Positions 10,187-18,558 of a stretch of 64,000 nt of DNA are shown here, one piece after another. A program made the translations under genes and the position numbers. The notes under the pieces are model-generated. The model saw only the letters and a list, made by a program, of their open reading frames with translations. It did not search any database and was not told the origin of the DNA. Numbering within the stretch: the stretch's first letter is position 1; each line of letters opens with the position of its first letter. This DNA comes from Chitinophagaceae bacterium (GTDB lineage: Bacteria; Bacteroidota; Bacteroidia; Chitinophagales; Chitinophagaceae), in the NCBI GenBank assembly GCA_041661485.1, contig JBAZUJ010000014.1, forward strand, positions 9,102-73,101, given 5' to 3'.

Positions 10187-11707
10187 ATGAGTCAGACACT
10201 GAGCGAACAGGAGATTATCCGCCGCGAAAAACTACAGCAATTGCTGGATCTGGGCATCGACCCTTATCCTGCTCCTACCTTTCCTGTCAGCCATACTGCC
10301 AAAAACATTAAGGCGGAGTACACAGAAGAAAAGAAGGAAGAATTTGCGAAGGTTTCAGTAGCCGGCCGTGTGATGATGGTGCGCGATATGGGTAAAGCCA
10401 ATTTTGCTGTATTGCAGGATAGCACAGAGCGTATCCAGATTTATATACGCCGCGATGATATCTGCCCTGGTGAAGACAAAACAATGTTTGACACGGTTTG
10501 GAAAAAACTGATTGATATCGGCGATATTATTGGTGTTGAAGGGTATGTGTTTACCACTAAAGTGGGCGAAACGTCCATCCATGCAACGTCTTTTACTTTG
10601 CTGACAAAATCGCTGCATCCTTTGCCCATTGTGAAGGAGAAAGATGGAGAAGTGTTTGATGCGGTTAGCGATATGGAATTCAAATATCGTCAGCGTTATG
10701 CCGACCTGATTGTGAATCCCGGAGTGCGCGATACGTTTACCAAAATCACCAAAATGAAAAATGCCATCCGCAACTTCCTCAATGAACGTGGCGGACTGGA
10801 AGTAGATACTCCTGTGCTGCAAAGCATTCCCGGTGGTGCTGCGGCGCGCCCTTTTGTAACGCATCACAATGCGCTGGATATGCCTCTGTACTTGCGTATT
10901 GCCAACGAACTTTACCTGAAACGCCTGATAGTAGGTGGTTTTGAATGGGTGTATGAATTCAGCCGTAACTTCCGCAACGAAGGGATGGATCGCACACACA
11001 ACCCTGAATTTACCGTGTTGGAATTTTATGTGGCCTACAAAGATTATTTCTGGATGATGGAAACCACGGAGCAATTGCTGGAAGCAACAGCTATCGCTAC
11101 CAACGGAACTTCTGTAGCGACAATCGATGGGGTAGAGGTAAACTTTAAAGCGCCTTATGCACGTGTCAGCATTTATGATGCGATAAAAGAACACACCGGA
11201 TTTGACGTCAGCAATATGGACGAAGCTGGTTTGCGTGATGTGTGCAGGCAATTGCATATCTCCGTAGACCCGAATGTGGGTAAAGGAAAACTGATTGATG
11301 AAATCTTCGGTGGCAAATGTGAAGATCATTATGTACAGCCAACATTCATTATCGATTATCCGGTAGAGATGAGTCCGCTAACGAAGAAACACCGCAGCAA
11401 ACCCGGATTGGTAGAGCGTTTCGAACTGATTGTAAACGGTAAAGAAATTGCCAATGCCTATTCAGAATTGAACGACCCGATCGATCAGCGCGAGCGCTTT
11501 GAAGAGCAGGTAGCTTTGATGGAGCGTGGTGATGACGAAGCGATGTTTATTGATTATGATTTCCTCAGAGCGTTGGAATATGGTATGCCACCTACTGCCG
11601 GTATCGGTTTTGGTATCGACCGTCTGGCGATGTTATTGACAGGCCAGGTTTCTATTCAGGATGTGTTATTGTTCCCACAAATGAGACCTGAAAAAGTGGT
11701 GGAATAG
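10187..11707 (+). CDS. lysS: lysine--tRNA ligase (class II)
   Basis: N-terminal OB anticodon-binding region. Class II motifs ...[15 protein letters not shown]... and ...[13 protein letters not shown]... Full length (506 aa) for LysS. Confidence 0.97.
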   Translation: MSQTLSEQEIIRREKLQQLLDLGIDPYPAPTFPVSHTAKNIKAEYTEEKKEEFAKVSVAGRVMMVRDMGKANFAVLQDSTERIQIYIRRDDICPGEDKTMFDTVWKKLIDIGDIIGVEGYVFTTKVGETSIHATSFTLLTKSLHPLPIVKEKDGEVFDAVSDMEFKYRQRYADLIVNPGVRDTFTKITKMKNAIRNFLNERGGLEVDTPVLQSIPGGAAARPFVTHHNALDMPLYLRIANELYLKRLIVGGFEWVYEFSRNFRNEGMDRTHNPEFTVLEFYVAYKDYFWMMETTEQLLEATAIATNGTSVATIDGVEVNFKAPYARVSIYDAIKEHTGFDVSNMDEAGLRDVCRQLHISVDPNVGKGKLIDEIFGGKCEDHYVQPTFIIDYPVEMSPLTKKHRSKPGLVERFELIVNGKEIANAYSELNDPIDQRERFEEQVALMERGDDEAMFIDYDFLRALEYGMPPTAGIGFGIDRLAMLLTGQVSIQDVLLFPQMRPEKVVE

Positions 11708-11733
11708 GATTTTATAGATTGTATTAATAGTAA

Positions 11734-11764
11734 GGCCTCCGAAATTTCGGAGGTCTTGTTGTTT
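11734..11764 (+). terminator. intrinsic terminator after lysS
   Basis: Palindrome CCTCCGA-AATT-TCGGAGG (11736-11753), followed by a T-rich tail. Confidence 0.65.
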
Positions 11765-11772
11765 AAAGTGGG

Positions 11773-12198
11773 TTGTTTATCTTAATATTTAAATTTTATT
11801 ACCTTGCAAGTGTACGAATCAAAGCACTTGTGGATTTTATCAATATTGAAATTGTAAAGAGTTTTTTAAGTAATAATGCATTAGAGTTTAATTCTGCCCA
11901 ATCCAGATTGTCTTATCCAATTATTGAGCGAATTTTTTATATATTAAAAGCAGGAATAATTTTTGATTTAATTAAAGTAGATCGAGAAAAAAACCTTATT
12001 GTACATGGTCATCATAGATACGTAAGTCTAGCATTGCATAATTCTGCAACAATTGAGAATATTCCTTGGACTGCTAGTTTTAGCAGTATTGCTCACCCTT
12101 GGTCTACAGTAGAAATCAGTGAAGAGGATTTCGATCAACCGGAGGATGTTGCAAGATATGTAGCAGAATATGGCGAAATTAACACTAGACCAAATTAA
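11773..12198 (+). CDS. hypothetical protein with ParB/Srx-like (xHGHHR) motif
   Basis: ORF in a very AT-rich segment. LIVHGHHRYVSLAL resembles the DGxHR...A signature of ParB/sulfiredoxin-fold domains. The start codon is uncertain (TTG in track). Confidence 0.45.
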   Translation: MFILIFKFYYLASVRIKALVDFINIEIVKSFLSNNALEFNSAQSRLSYPIIERIFYILKAGIIFDLIKVDREKNLIVHGHHRYVSLALHNSATIENIPWTASFSSIAHPWSTVEISEEDFDQPEDVARYVAEYGEINTRPN

Positions 12199-12228
12199 AA
12201 TTGTTTCAAAAATCATTAATTTTACTTT

Positions 12229-12699
12229 GTGAAAATATTTCTTGACATAGATGGTGTAATGATTAGAGGAGCTTCCTGGAAGTCTGTAGAATTATTAAAT
12301 GATGGCTTTCCTGCTTTCAGTAACAAAGCTGTATCCAGTCTTAATAAAATTATTGAAAAAACAGGAGCTTCAATTTTGTTGACAACTTCTCATAAATCTA
12401 ATTATACTATTAATCAATGGAAAGGGATTTTTAGTAAAAGGGGAATTGTTGCTTCAATTAAAAAGCTTAATAAGAATAATAACCACTTAAGCCGTAAAGA
12501 TGAAATATTGAATTGGCTTGAGAATCATCATAACGAAGACGAATCCTTCGTGATTCTTGATGACGATAAATGCTTGAACGATCTTCCTTCTGAAATTAAA
12601 GAAAGACTTGTTTTAACTAGTTCTCTTATTGGTCTTACAGATGATCATGTTGAATTAGTTGTGAATATTTTAAAGAATACAGATTCTATTTTTGTTTAA
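12229..12699 (+). CDS. HAD-superfamily phosphatase-like protein (RNA-repair-associated HAD type)
   Basis: Motif I FLDIDGVM, motif II LLTTSH and motif IV VILDDD. GTG start. 156 aa. Confidence 0.65.
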   Translation: MKIFLDIDGVMIRGASWKSVELLNDGFPAFSNKAVSSLNKIIEKTGASILLTTSHKSNYTINQWKGIFSKRGIVASIKKLNKNNNHLSRKDEILNWLENHHNEDESFVILDDDKCLNDLPSEIKERLVLTSSLIGLTDDHVELVVNILKNTDSIFV

Positions 12700-12710
12700 A
12701 AAATTAAAAA

Positions 12711-12741
12711 TGGGAGGTTTAAGAACCTCCCATTTTTTTTA
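12711..12741 (+). terminator. intrinsic terminator after HAD-like gene
   Basis: Stem TGGGAGGTT (12711-12719) / AACCTCCCA (12725-12733), followed by T8. Confidence 0.75.
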
Positions 12742-12885
12742 CCTTTTATCTTGAGCTACTTTGGCTTAGTTACCGCAAAATCCTGAATTTTCAGTGAAGA
12801 ACATTTTACATCACTGATTTTATTCTCATATAAACAACGTCTGAACCCCCTCTTTACCAAACCTACTCACCTTTTACGTAAACCA

Positions 12886-13140
12886 GTTCACCAAAAAGCT
12901 CAGACGGTTTAGCTCCGGGCTCAGTCAGTTTACTAAAGAGCTCGGACGGGTTACCAAAAAGCTCTGTCAGTTTACCTAATAGCCGGGCAGATTCGGCAAA
13001 AAGCTCAGGCGGTTCACCCTTATAGGTCAACTGTCTGAGCTTAAAAGCCGGGAGAGTTCACCAAAAAGCCCGTACAGTTCACCTAAGAGGTGGTCCCCAC
13101 CACCTCTTAGGCAGGGGTATCCACCTAAGAGGTCATGATA
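12886..13140. repeat. degenerate ~21-bp tandem repeat array (about 10-12 units, consensus GTTCACCAAAAAGCTCAGACG)
   Basis: Units read directly include gttcaccaaaaagctcagacg, gtttactaaagagctcggacgg, gttaccaaaaagctctgtca, ttcggcaaaaagctcaggcg, gttcaccaaaaagcccgtaca and gttcacctaagaggtggtcccc. The array ends in the palindrome cacctaagaggtggtccccaccacctcttagg. Confidence 0.8.
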
Positions 13141-13197
13141 ATCAATTCATTAGTAAAAATGTATAATATAATTATTGGTCTGAAGTAGTGGTTCTGT

Positions 13198-14199
13198 TTA
13201 CCAAACCTGCACTTCCCTTTCCAGTTCAATGCCAAATTTTTCCTGCACGGAAGCTACAATCTCGCCGGACAGTGACCAGATTTGTTCGCCGGTGGCATTT
13301 CCGTAATTTACCAGAACCAATGCCTGGCGTGCATGCACGCCATAGTCATCTTTGCGGTAACCTTTCCACCCGCATTGTTCAATCAGCCAACCGGCGGGCA
13401 CTTTTACCAGGGTGTCGCTGACAGGGTAGGAGGGTATGGCCGGATGTTCCTTTTTCAGGTCAAGGTATTGTTGAATAGAGATAGTTGGGTTTTTAAAGAA
13501 GGAACCTGCATTGCCTATCTCTTTCGGGTTGGGCAATTTGCTGCTGCGGATATTAATCACAGCCTGCGCCACATCTTTGGCCGTTGGGTTGTCAATATTC
13601 AATACTTTCAGTTCTTCTTCGATGGCACCATAAGAGGTGTTGAGTTTCGCATTTTTGTTCAACCTGAATTGGACAGAGGTGATAAAAAAACGGTCTTTCA
13701 ATTCGTTTTTAAAAATACTGTCGCGGTAGGCAAAACGACATTCCTCGTTGGATAAAGTATGGAAAGATTCGTCTTCCCAACTCCAGTAAGTAACCGATTG
13801 AATCGTGTCTTTTACCTCAACACCATAGGCGCCGATATTCTGTATGGGGGCAGCTCCCACGGTTCCGGGGATGAGTGCCAGGTTTTCAATTCCGTTCAGG
13901 TTTTTATCAATGGCATATAATACAAAATCGTGCCATACTTCACCGGAAGCTACTTCTATCAGTACCGATTCTCCACTCTCGCTCAGTAATTTTATTCCTT
14001 TGATCCGGTTGGCTATCAGCAGCCCTTTGATGTTTTGGGTGCATAAAACATTGCTGCCTCCACCAATGATTTTCCTGCCGCCTATTTTGCTTAGCTCCGG
14101 CAATAAATTGGTGTTTGTCAATTCGATAAAATCTTCCGCTAAAACCTCGATACCAAATGTGGTATTGCTTTTCAATGAAACATTATGTTGTGTCTGCAT
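13198..14199 (-). CDS. murB: UDP-N-acetylenolpyruvoylglucosamine reductase
   Basis: FAD-binding region with GGGSNVL. C-terminal ...RSSKLP...GNAGSFFKNP...AGWLIEQCGWKG... typical of long-form MurB. Confidence 0.93.
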   Translation of the reverse strand: MQTQHNVSLKSNTTFGIEVLAEDFIELTNTNLLPELSKIGGRKIIGGGSNVLCTQNIKGLLIANRIKGIKLLSESGESVLIEVASGEVWHDFVLYAIDKNLNGIENLALIPGTVGAAPIQNIGAYGVEVKDTIQSVTYWSWEDESFHTLSNEECRFAYRDSIFKNELKDRFFITSVQFRLNKNAKLNTSYGAIEEELKVLNIDNPTAKDVAQAVINIRSSKLPNPKEIGNAGSFFKNPTISIQQYLDLKKEHPAIPSYPVSDTLVKVPAGWLIEQCGWKGYRKDDYGVHARQALVLVNYGNATGEQIWSLSGEIVASVQEKFGIELEREVQVW

Positions 14200-14214
14200 A
14201 AACTGTTTTCTTTT

Positions 14215-15255
14215 TTAAAAATAACTCCTCACCTGTTGCCTTCCCCAAAAACGTACACCCATTCCTGGTCGATGCGCCGTGCTGACCATGCCGTTTTCGT
14301 ATTTCAATCCGTCAGCGATATCTTCACTCAGGAGCAAAGGGCCATCTGCATCCAGTTCGTCCACCAGCGGCGACAGGTGCACCATTGCTGCTGTGCCGAT
14401 ACTGCTTTCATTCATCGAGCCAAGCATAATTTTTAGCCCGAGCTGCCGTGCTTCTGTAATCATGCGCATAGCTGGTGTTATGCCCCCACATTTGGTCAAC
14501 TTGATATTGATGCCATCAAAAGAATCTGCGCATCTGGCAACATCCTTTTCTGTTACACAACTTTCGTCAGCAAATAAAGGAATGTCAGAAATTGCTTTTA
14601 ATTCTTTCATCGCATCCCATTCCGTTTTGGCAAGTGGCTGTTCTATTAAATGCACACCCAGTTTTTTCAGTTCCGGCAGCATTAGTTTTGCTTCTTCAAA
14701 AGTAAAAGCTTCATTGGCATCCACCCTGAAAGGCTTGTCGGTATGTGTTCTCAGAGTGTCAAGAATATCAATGTCTGCTGTGCTGCGCATTTTTATTTTG
14801 TAGGTATTCCAGGAATGAGCCTGCATTTTCTCTAACATTTTTTCGGGTGTGTCGATTCCCAAAGTATAATCTGACGCCGGTGTTTCGTCGGAGGTAATTC
14901 CTAATATTCGGCGCAAGGGTGCGTTGCGCATTTGGGCAAATAAATCCCATCCGGCAATATCCAATGCTGCAATCAGAAAATTGTTTCCCGGAAATAAATG
15001 GTGCAGAAAATGCCAGAAGCGTTGAGGGTCAGTTAGCGCATAACGTTCTATGGGCAGGCGTTTGGCGTTCAGTTCTTCAATCATCGCCTCGACTGAAACA
15101 CCATAATAATTAATCGCCGGTGCTTCTCCGTACCCGCACCAGTTGCGCAGCCCCAAAGAAACAATTAAAGTTGGTTGATGTGTTTTTGTACCTTTCGAAA
15201 TCGTAAACGGATATTCAAAAGGCAATTCAAAAGAATAATGACGCAGTTGCAGCAT
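14215..15255 (-). CDS. dipeptide epimerase (L-Ala-D/L-Glu epimerase-like, enolase superfamily)
   Basis: Enolase-superfamily barrel with YKIKM, metal-ligand contexts VDANEAF / IEQP / ADES, and catalytic Lys context INIKLTKCGG. Confidence 0.85.
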   Translation of the reverse strand: MLQLRHYSFELPFEYPFTISKGTKTHQPTLIVSLGLRNWCGYGEAPAINYYGVSVEAMIEELNAKRLPIERYALTDPQRFWHFLHHLFPGNNFLIAALDIAGWDLFAQMRNAPLRRILGITSDETPASDYTLGIDTPEKMLEKMQAHSWNTYKIKMRSTADIDILDTLRTHTDKPFRVDANEAFTFEEAKLMLPELKKLGVHLIEQPLAKTEWDAMKELKAISDIPLFADESCVTEKDVARCADSFDGINIKLTKCGGITPAMRMITEARQLGLKIMLGSMNESSIGTAAMVHLSPLVDELDADGPLLLSEDIADGLKYENGMVSTAHRPGMGVRFWGRQQVRSYF

Positions 15256-15299
15256 TGGATAAAATTGCGACTATTTTTGCAGACAATAAAACAAAATTA

Positions 15300-16982
15300 A
15301 TGCCTCGTATTCCATTCTGGATTTTTGCAGTTATTGCAGTGCTTTATTTTTCGGCTGTCAGGGTCGATCTGATGGATATTGACACCACGCAATATGCCGA
15401 AATCAGTCGTGAAATGGCGCAAACCGGCGATTATCTGCATATCTATGACAGAGGCAATAATTACCTGGACAAACCGCCTTTTCTTTTTTGGATCAGCGCT
15501 GCGAGCATTAAGGTTTTTGGTGCTACCAATTTTGGCTATAAGTTGCCATCTATACTATTAGCACTGCTGGCTGTTTATGCTACTTATCGTCTGGCGAAAT
15601 TATTGTACGATGAAAATACCGCGCGGGTTGCGGCTCTCATCCTGGCGAGCTGCCAGGGAATGTTCCTGATGACACAGGATGTTCGCTGTGATTTGACTTT
15701 GATGGGACTTGTCATCACCAGTCTCTGGATGATAAAGGAAGCGGAAATCAAGCGGAAATGGTGGAATGTTTTAGGGGGAAGCTTTGCAATTGCCTGCGGC
15801 ATGATGACAAAAGGACCGATAGCACTAATGGTACCTGCTTTTTGTTTTGGAACAGATTGGGTATTGAAGCGCAACTGGAAGCATATTTTTAATTACAGGC
15901 ATTTGGTGGATGTTACGATCATTGTGATTTTACTGATCCCGATGAGTATTGGTTTGTACCAGCAATACGACCTTCATCCGGATAAGTTTATTGATGGGAA
16001 GTCGGGTGTTTCGGGTTTGCGATTTTATTTCTGGACCCAGAGTTTCGGCCGCATTACTGGTGAAAATGTGTGGAATAACGGGGCTGATATTTCCTTTCAG
16101 CTGGTAAATATGCTGTGGTCTTTCCTGCCCTGGATTTTTGTTTTGCTCCCGGCACTTTTCCTCAATGTTCGTACGATATTTCGTCAAAAATTCAAACTGA
16201 ATCAGCAGCAGGAATGGATTTCTACCGGTGGTTTTATGTTGAGTTACCTTGCTGTTGGCCTGTCCAAATACCAATTGCCCCATTACATTTTTGTAGCCTT
16301 CCCTTTAGCATCAATTGTTTGTGCGCAATTCTTCAGGGATTGCTTTACGCTGAACCTATATCCTAAGCTCACAAAGGTTCTGACAAAAGTAATGATTGGT
16401 GCCGGTGCGCTGTTATTTGTAGGCGTTTTGATGATTCTGTTGTTTGTTTTTCCGGCGGCCTGGTATTGGTTGGTCCTGTGTGCAGCTTGTCTTTCAGTTT
16501 ACTTTTTTATTGTGCTGCGCAAAAAATTACTGGGTAAAATTATTTGGGTGGGTGCAGCAGTGATGATTTTGATAAACATTTTTCTTACCCATCATTTTTA
16601 TTATGAACTGATGAAATACCAGGTAGGAACCGTTGTTGGAAAATATATCCGTGCTCATCATATTCCGAATGAAAAAATAATGGTTTACCGGATGAGCGAT
16701 CCGCTTAATTCTTTGCACTATAATGCAGACCGGGTCATCAGGATTCAGCGCGACAAAGGTTATTTGCCTTCGCAAGCCGGAGATTACATTTTAACCCAAA
16801 AAGCAGGATTGGATGAATTGCGGGAAAGAGGTTATTCCTTGCAGATTTTGATTGAAAACGAATTGTTCAAAGTAAGCGAACTGAAAGGAAAATTTATGCT
16901 GCCGTCTACCCGTAAAGAAGCGACAACTACTTATTATTTCTGTAAAGTGCTGCAGCAAGGAAATAGTTTGGCGGTGCAGTAA
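15300..16982 (+). CDS. GT-C fold glycosyltransferase (family 39 / ArnT-like)
   Basis: Polytopic membrane protein with the YLDKPPFLFW motif. The track ORF starts at TTG 15255. The in-frame ATG 15300 (MPRIPFWIFAVIAVLYF) is more plausible. Confidence 0.8.
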   Translation: MPRIPFWIFAVIAVLYFSAVRVDLMDIDTTQYAEISREMAQTGDYLHIYDRGNNYLDKPPFLFWISAASIKVFGATNFGYKLPSILLALLAVYATYRLAKLLYDENTARVAALILASCQGMFLMTQDVRCDLTLMGLVITSLWMIKEAEIKRKWWNVLGGSFAIACGMMTKGPIALMVPAFCFGTDWVLKRNWKHIFNYRHLVDVTIIVILLIPMSIGLYQQYDLHPDKFIDGKSGVSGLRFYFWTQSFGRITGENVWNNGADISFQLVNMLWSFLPWIFVLLPALFLNVRTIFRQKFKLNQQQEWISTGGFMLSYLAVGLSKYQLPHYIFVAFPLASIVCAQFFRDCFTLNLYPKLTKVLTKVMIGAGALLFVGVLMILLFVFPAAWYWLVLCAACLSVYFFIVLRKKLLGKIIWVGAAVMILINIFLTHHFYYELMKYQVGTVVGKYIRAHHIPNEKIMVYRMSDPLNSLHYNADRVIRIQRDKGYLPSQAGDYILTQKAGLDELRERGYSLQILIENELFKVSELKGKFMLPSTRKEATTTYYFCKVLQQGNSLAVQ

Positions 16983-17027
16983 TTCCTTCTCCCAAAACAA
17001 AAGAAAATGTAATTATCATAAATTAAA

Positions 17028-17061
17028 CTCAGCCACATACTGTCATTCCGTAGGAATCTAT
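17028..17061. repeat. 34-bp unit containing small palindrome (copy A)
   Basis: ctcagccacatactgtcATTCCgtaGGAATctat. Matches copy B at 17361-17394. Confidence 0.7.
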
Positions 17062-17360
17062 AAACGCTGCACAATCACAACTTAAGTACTTTCCCCTCCT
17101 TGGAGGCTTAGGGTGGGTTATTTTCTTTCCTCAATTTTTATTCCCGCTAAAGTGGGACAGTTTCGTCAGGCTTGCAACCGCTATTTGTTTCTTTTGTCAC
17201 TTTTTTGCTTCGCCAAAAAAGTAACCAAAAAAGGCGACCTAAAAAGAACGGCTCCGCCATTTTTAGGGGCTCTGCACCAGCAATACCCAACTCTTTACGA
17301 AAGCTCCGATTTGGTTAATAATTCGCTTCAGAATTCCATCTGTTTCAAAATAATCTGCAA

Positions 17361-17394
17361 CTCAGCCGCACGTTTTCATTGCTTAGGAATCTAT
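17361..17394. repeat. 34-bp unit (copy B, degenerate)
   Basis: ctcagccgcacgttttcattgcttaggaatctat. Shares the ctcagcc and aggaatctat ends with copy A. Confidence 0.7.
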
Positions 17395-17397
17395 TGC

Positions 17398-18549
17398 CTA
17401 AATAGAGTTAAGTAATTGTTGAACCGTCGAGAAAACCTGCTCTGGTTTTATACTTTCCATATCTTTCGATACAGCTTTGTAAGCTTTATTTTTTTTGCTG
17501 TTCAGATATTCTTGTGTGTAAACAGTTTTTACATTCTTAAATCCGGCTTCTTTATAAGCTACAAAACGGTTGGCGTTTACGCCGTTCGCCAGAATTACTG
17601 TTGGTTTGTTGAAAGAAACAGCTGAGTGTGCAGCCATTGTATCGCCCGTGATAACAGCTGCTGCGCCAGATATAGCCTCTAATGTTCCAACTAAGTTTGT
17701 TTGCCCGACAATAGATTTGCATTGGGTAGAAGCTGTAATTTTCTCCGCAATTTCTTTTTCATTTTTGCCGCCCGACAACAAAGGCTCATATCCTTTTTGC
17801 TGTAATAATTTCACCAGTTCAATCCAGTAATCTATAGGCCAGGTCTTGCTTTTGGCTGAAGCGCCAATAAAACAAATAACCTGCTTTGGAAAATAATTCG
17901 AATTTAAAGCAGGAAGGATTGGACCATCAAGATTGACATTCATTCCGCTTGCGAAAGTGGTGAATTTCCGGTTAAAGATAAATTCGTGCTCTACATTTTT
18001 CTCAGGGAAAAACTGATTATAAACTGCGTCAGATATTTTATTGGCTTTGGATATAGCGCGGGAATTATGAACTCCGATACGCACAGAAGCACCTGTCGCC
18101 AGTGCAATCAAATCATCCAGCAGCAAGGGTCTGGTGCGTGAGGGACAAATGACTGTTCCAAAATTTTTATTCCGGATTTCTTTCAGGAATTTTTCTCTGT
18201 ATAATGAATCGGAAAGGTATAAATGCTTGTCAATCCAGATGGTTTCATCCACCGTTGCTGAATCGTAAGCTTCAAAAACTGGCCTCCAGACGATGTTGCC
18301 AATCAATGTGACTTTGTAATCTATAAAGCGAGCTGAGTTTTTATAAACGGCTAAGCAATTGCGCCATAACAAATAATCACCAATATCGTCCAGGCGAACA
18401 AGGGCTAGTTTGTTCTCTATAGGATTGGAGGTTCTGTTTTGTTCAAACAGAACACTCCATTTTTTAAATAATCGCAATGCCTGCTGTTCTTGCTTTAGCT
18501 GGCTTCGCCACCGGAGAAATAGTGCTATTTGTCGAATCATATTTCCCAC
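17398..18549 (-). CDS. glycosyltransferase family 9 (heptosyltransferase-like)
   Basis: GT-B pattern with ...VICFIGASAKSKTWP... and ...ITGDTMAAHSAV..., typical of GT9 LPS core transferases. Confidence 0.8.
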   Translation of the reverse strand: MGNMIRQIALFLRWRSQLKQEQQALRLFKKWSVLFEQNRTSNPIENKLALVRLDDIGDYLLWRNCLAVYKNSARFIDYKVTLIGNIVWRPVFEAYDSATVDETIWIDKHLYLSDSLYREKFLKEIRNKNFGTVICPSRTRPLLLDDLIALATGASVRIGVHNSRAISKANKISDAVYNQFFPEKNVEHEFIFNRKFTTFASGMNVNLDGPILPALNSNYFPKQVICFIGASAKSKTWPIDYWIELVKLLQQKGYEPLLSGGKNEKEIAEKITASTQCKSIVGQTNLVGTLEAISGAAAVITGDTMAAHSAVSFNKPTVILANGVNANRFVAYKEAGFKNVKTVYTQEYLNSKKNKAYKAVSKDMESIKPEQVFSTVQQLLNSI

Positions 18550-18558
18550 AAAAAGAGA

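Noticed and set aside
10355-11329. 324-aa minus-strand ORF
   Set aside because: It is entirely antisense to lysS, whose product matches class II LysRS motifs end to end. The antisense translation is His/Arg/Phe/Cys-rich with no motifs, so it is a shadow ORF.
12886-13140. CRISPR array
   Set aside because: The period is only ~21 bp, units are contiguous with no unique spacers, they are degenerate rather than identical, and no cas genes are nearby.
13282-14218. Plus-strand ORFs 13282-13755 and 13844-14218
   Set aside because: They are antisense to murB.
17113-17415. 100-aa plus-strand ORF in the GT39/GT9 intergenic region
   Set aside because: It starts at a non-ATG codon, spans palindromic repeat sequence and has no motif. 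It more likely lies over terminator/repeat DNA.
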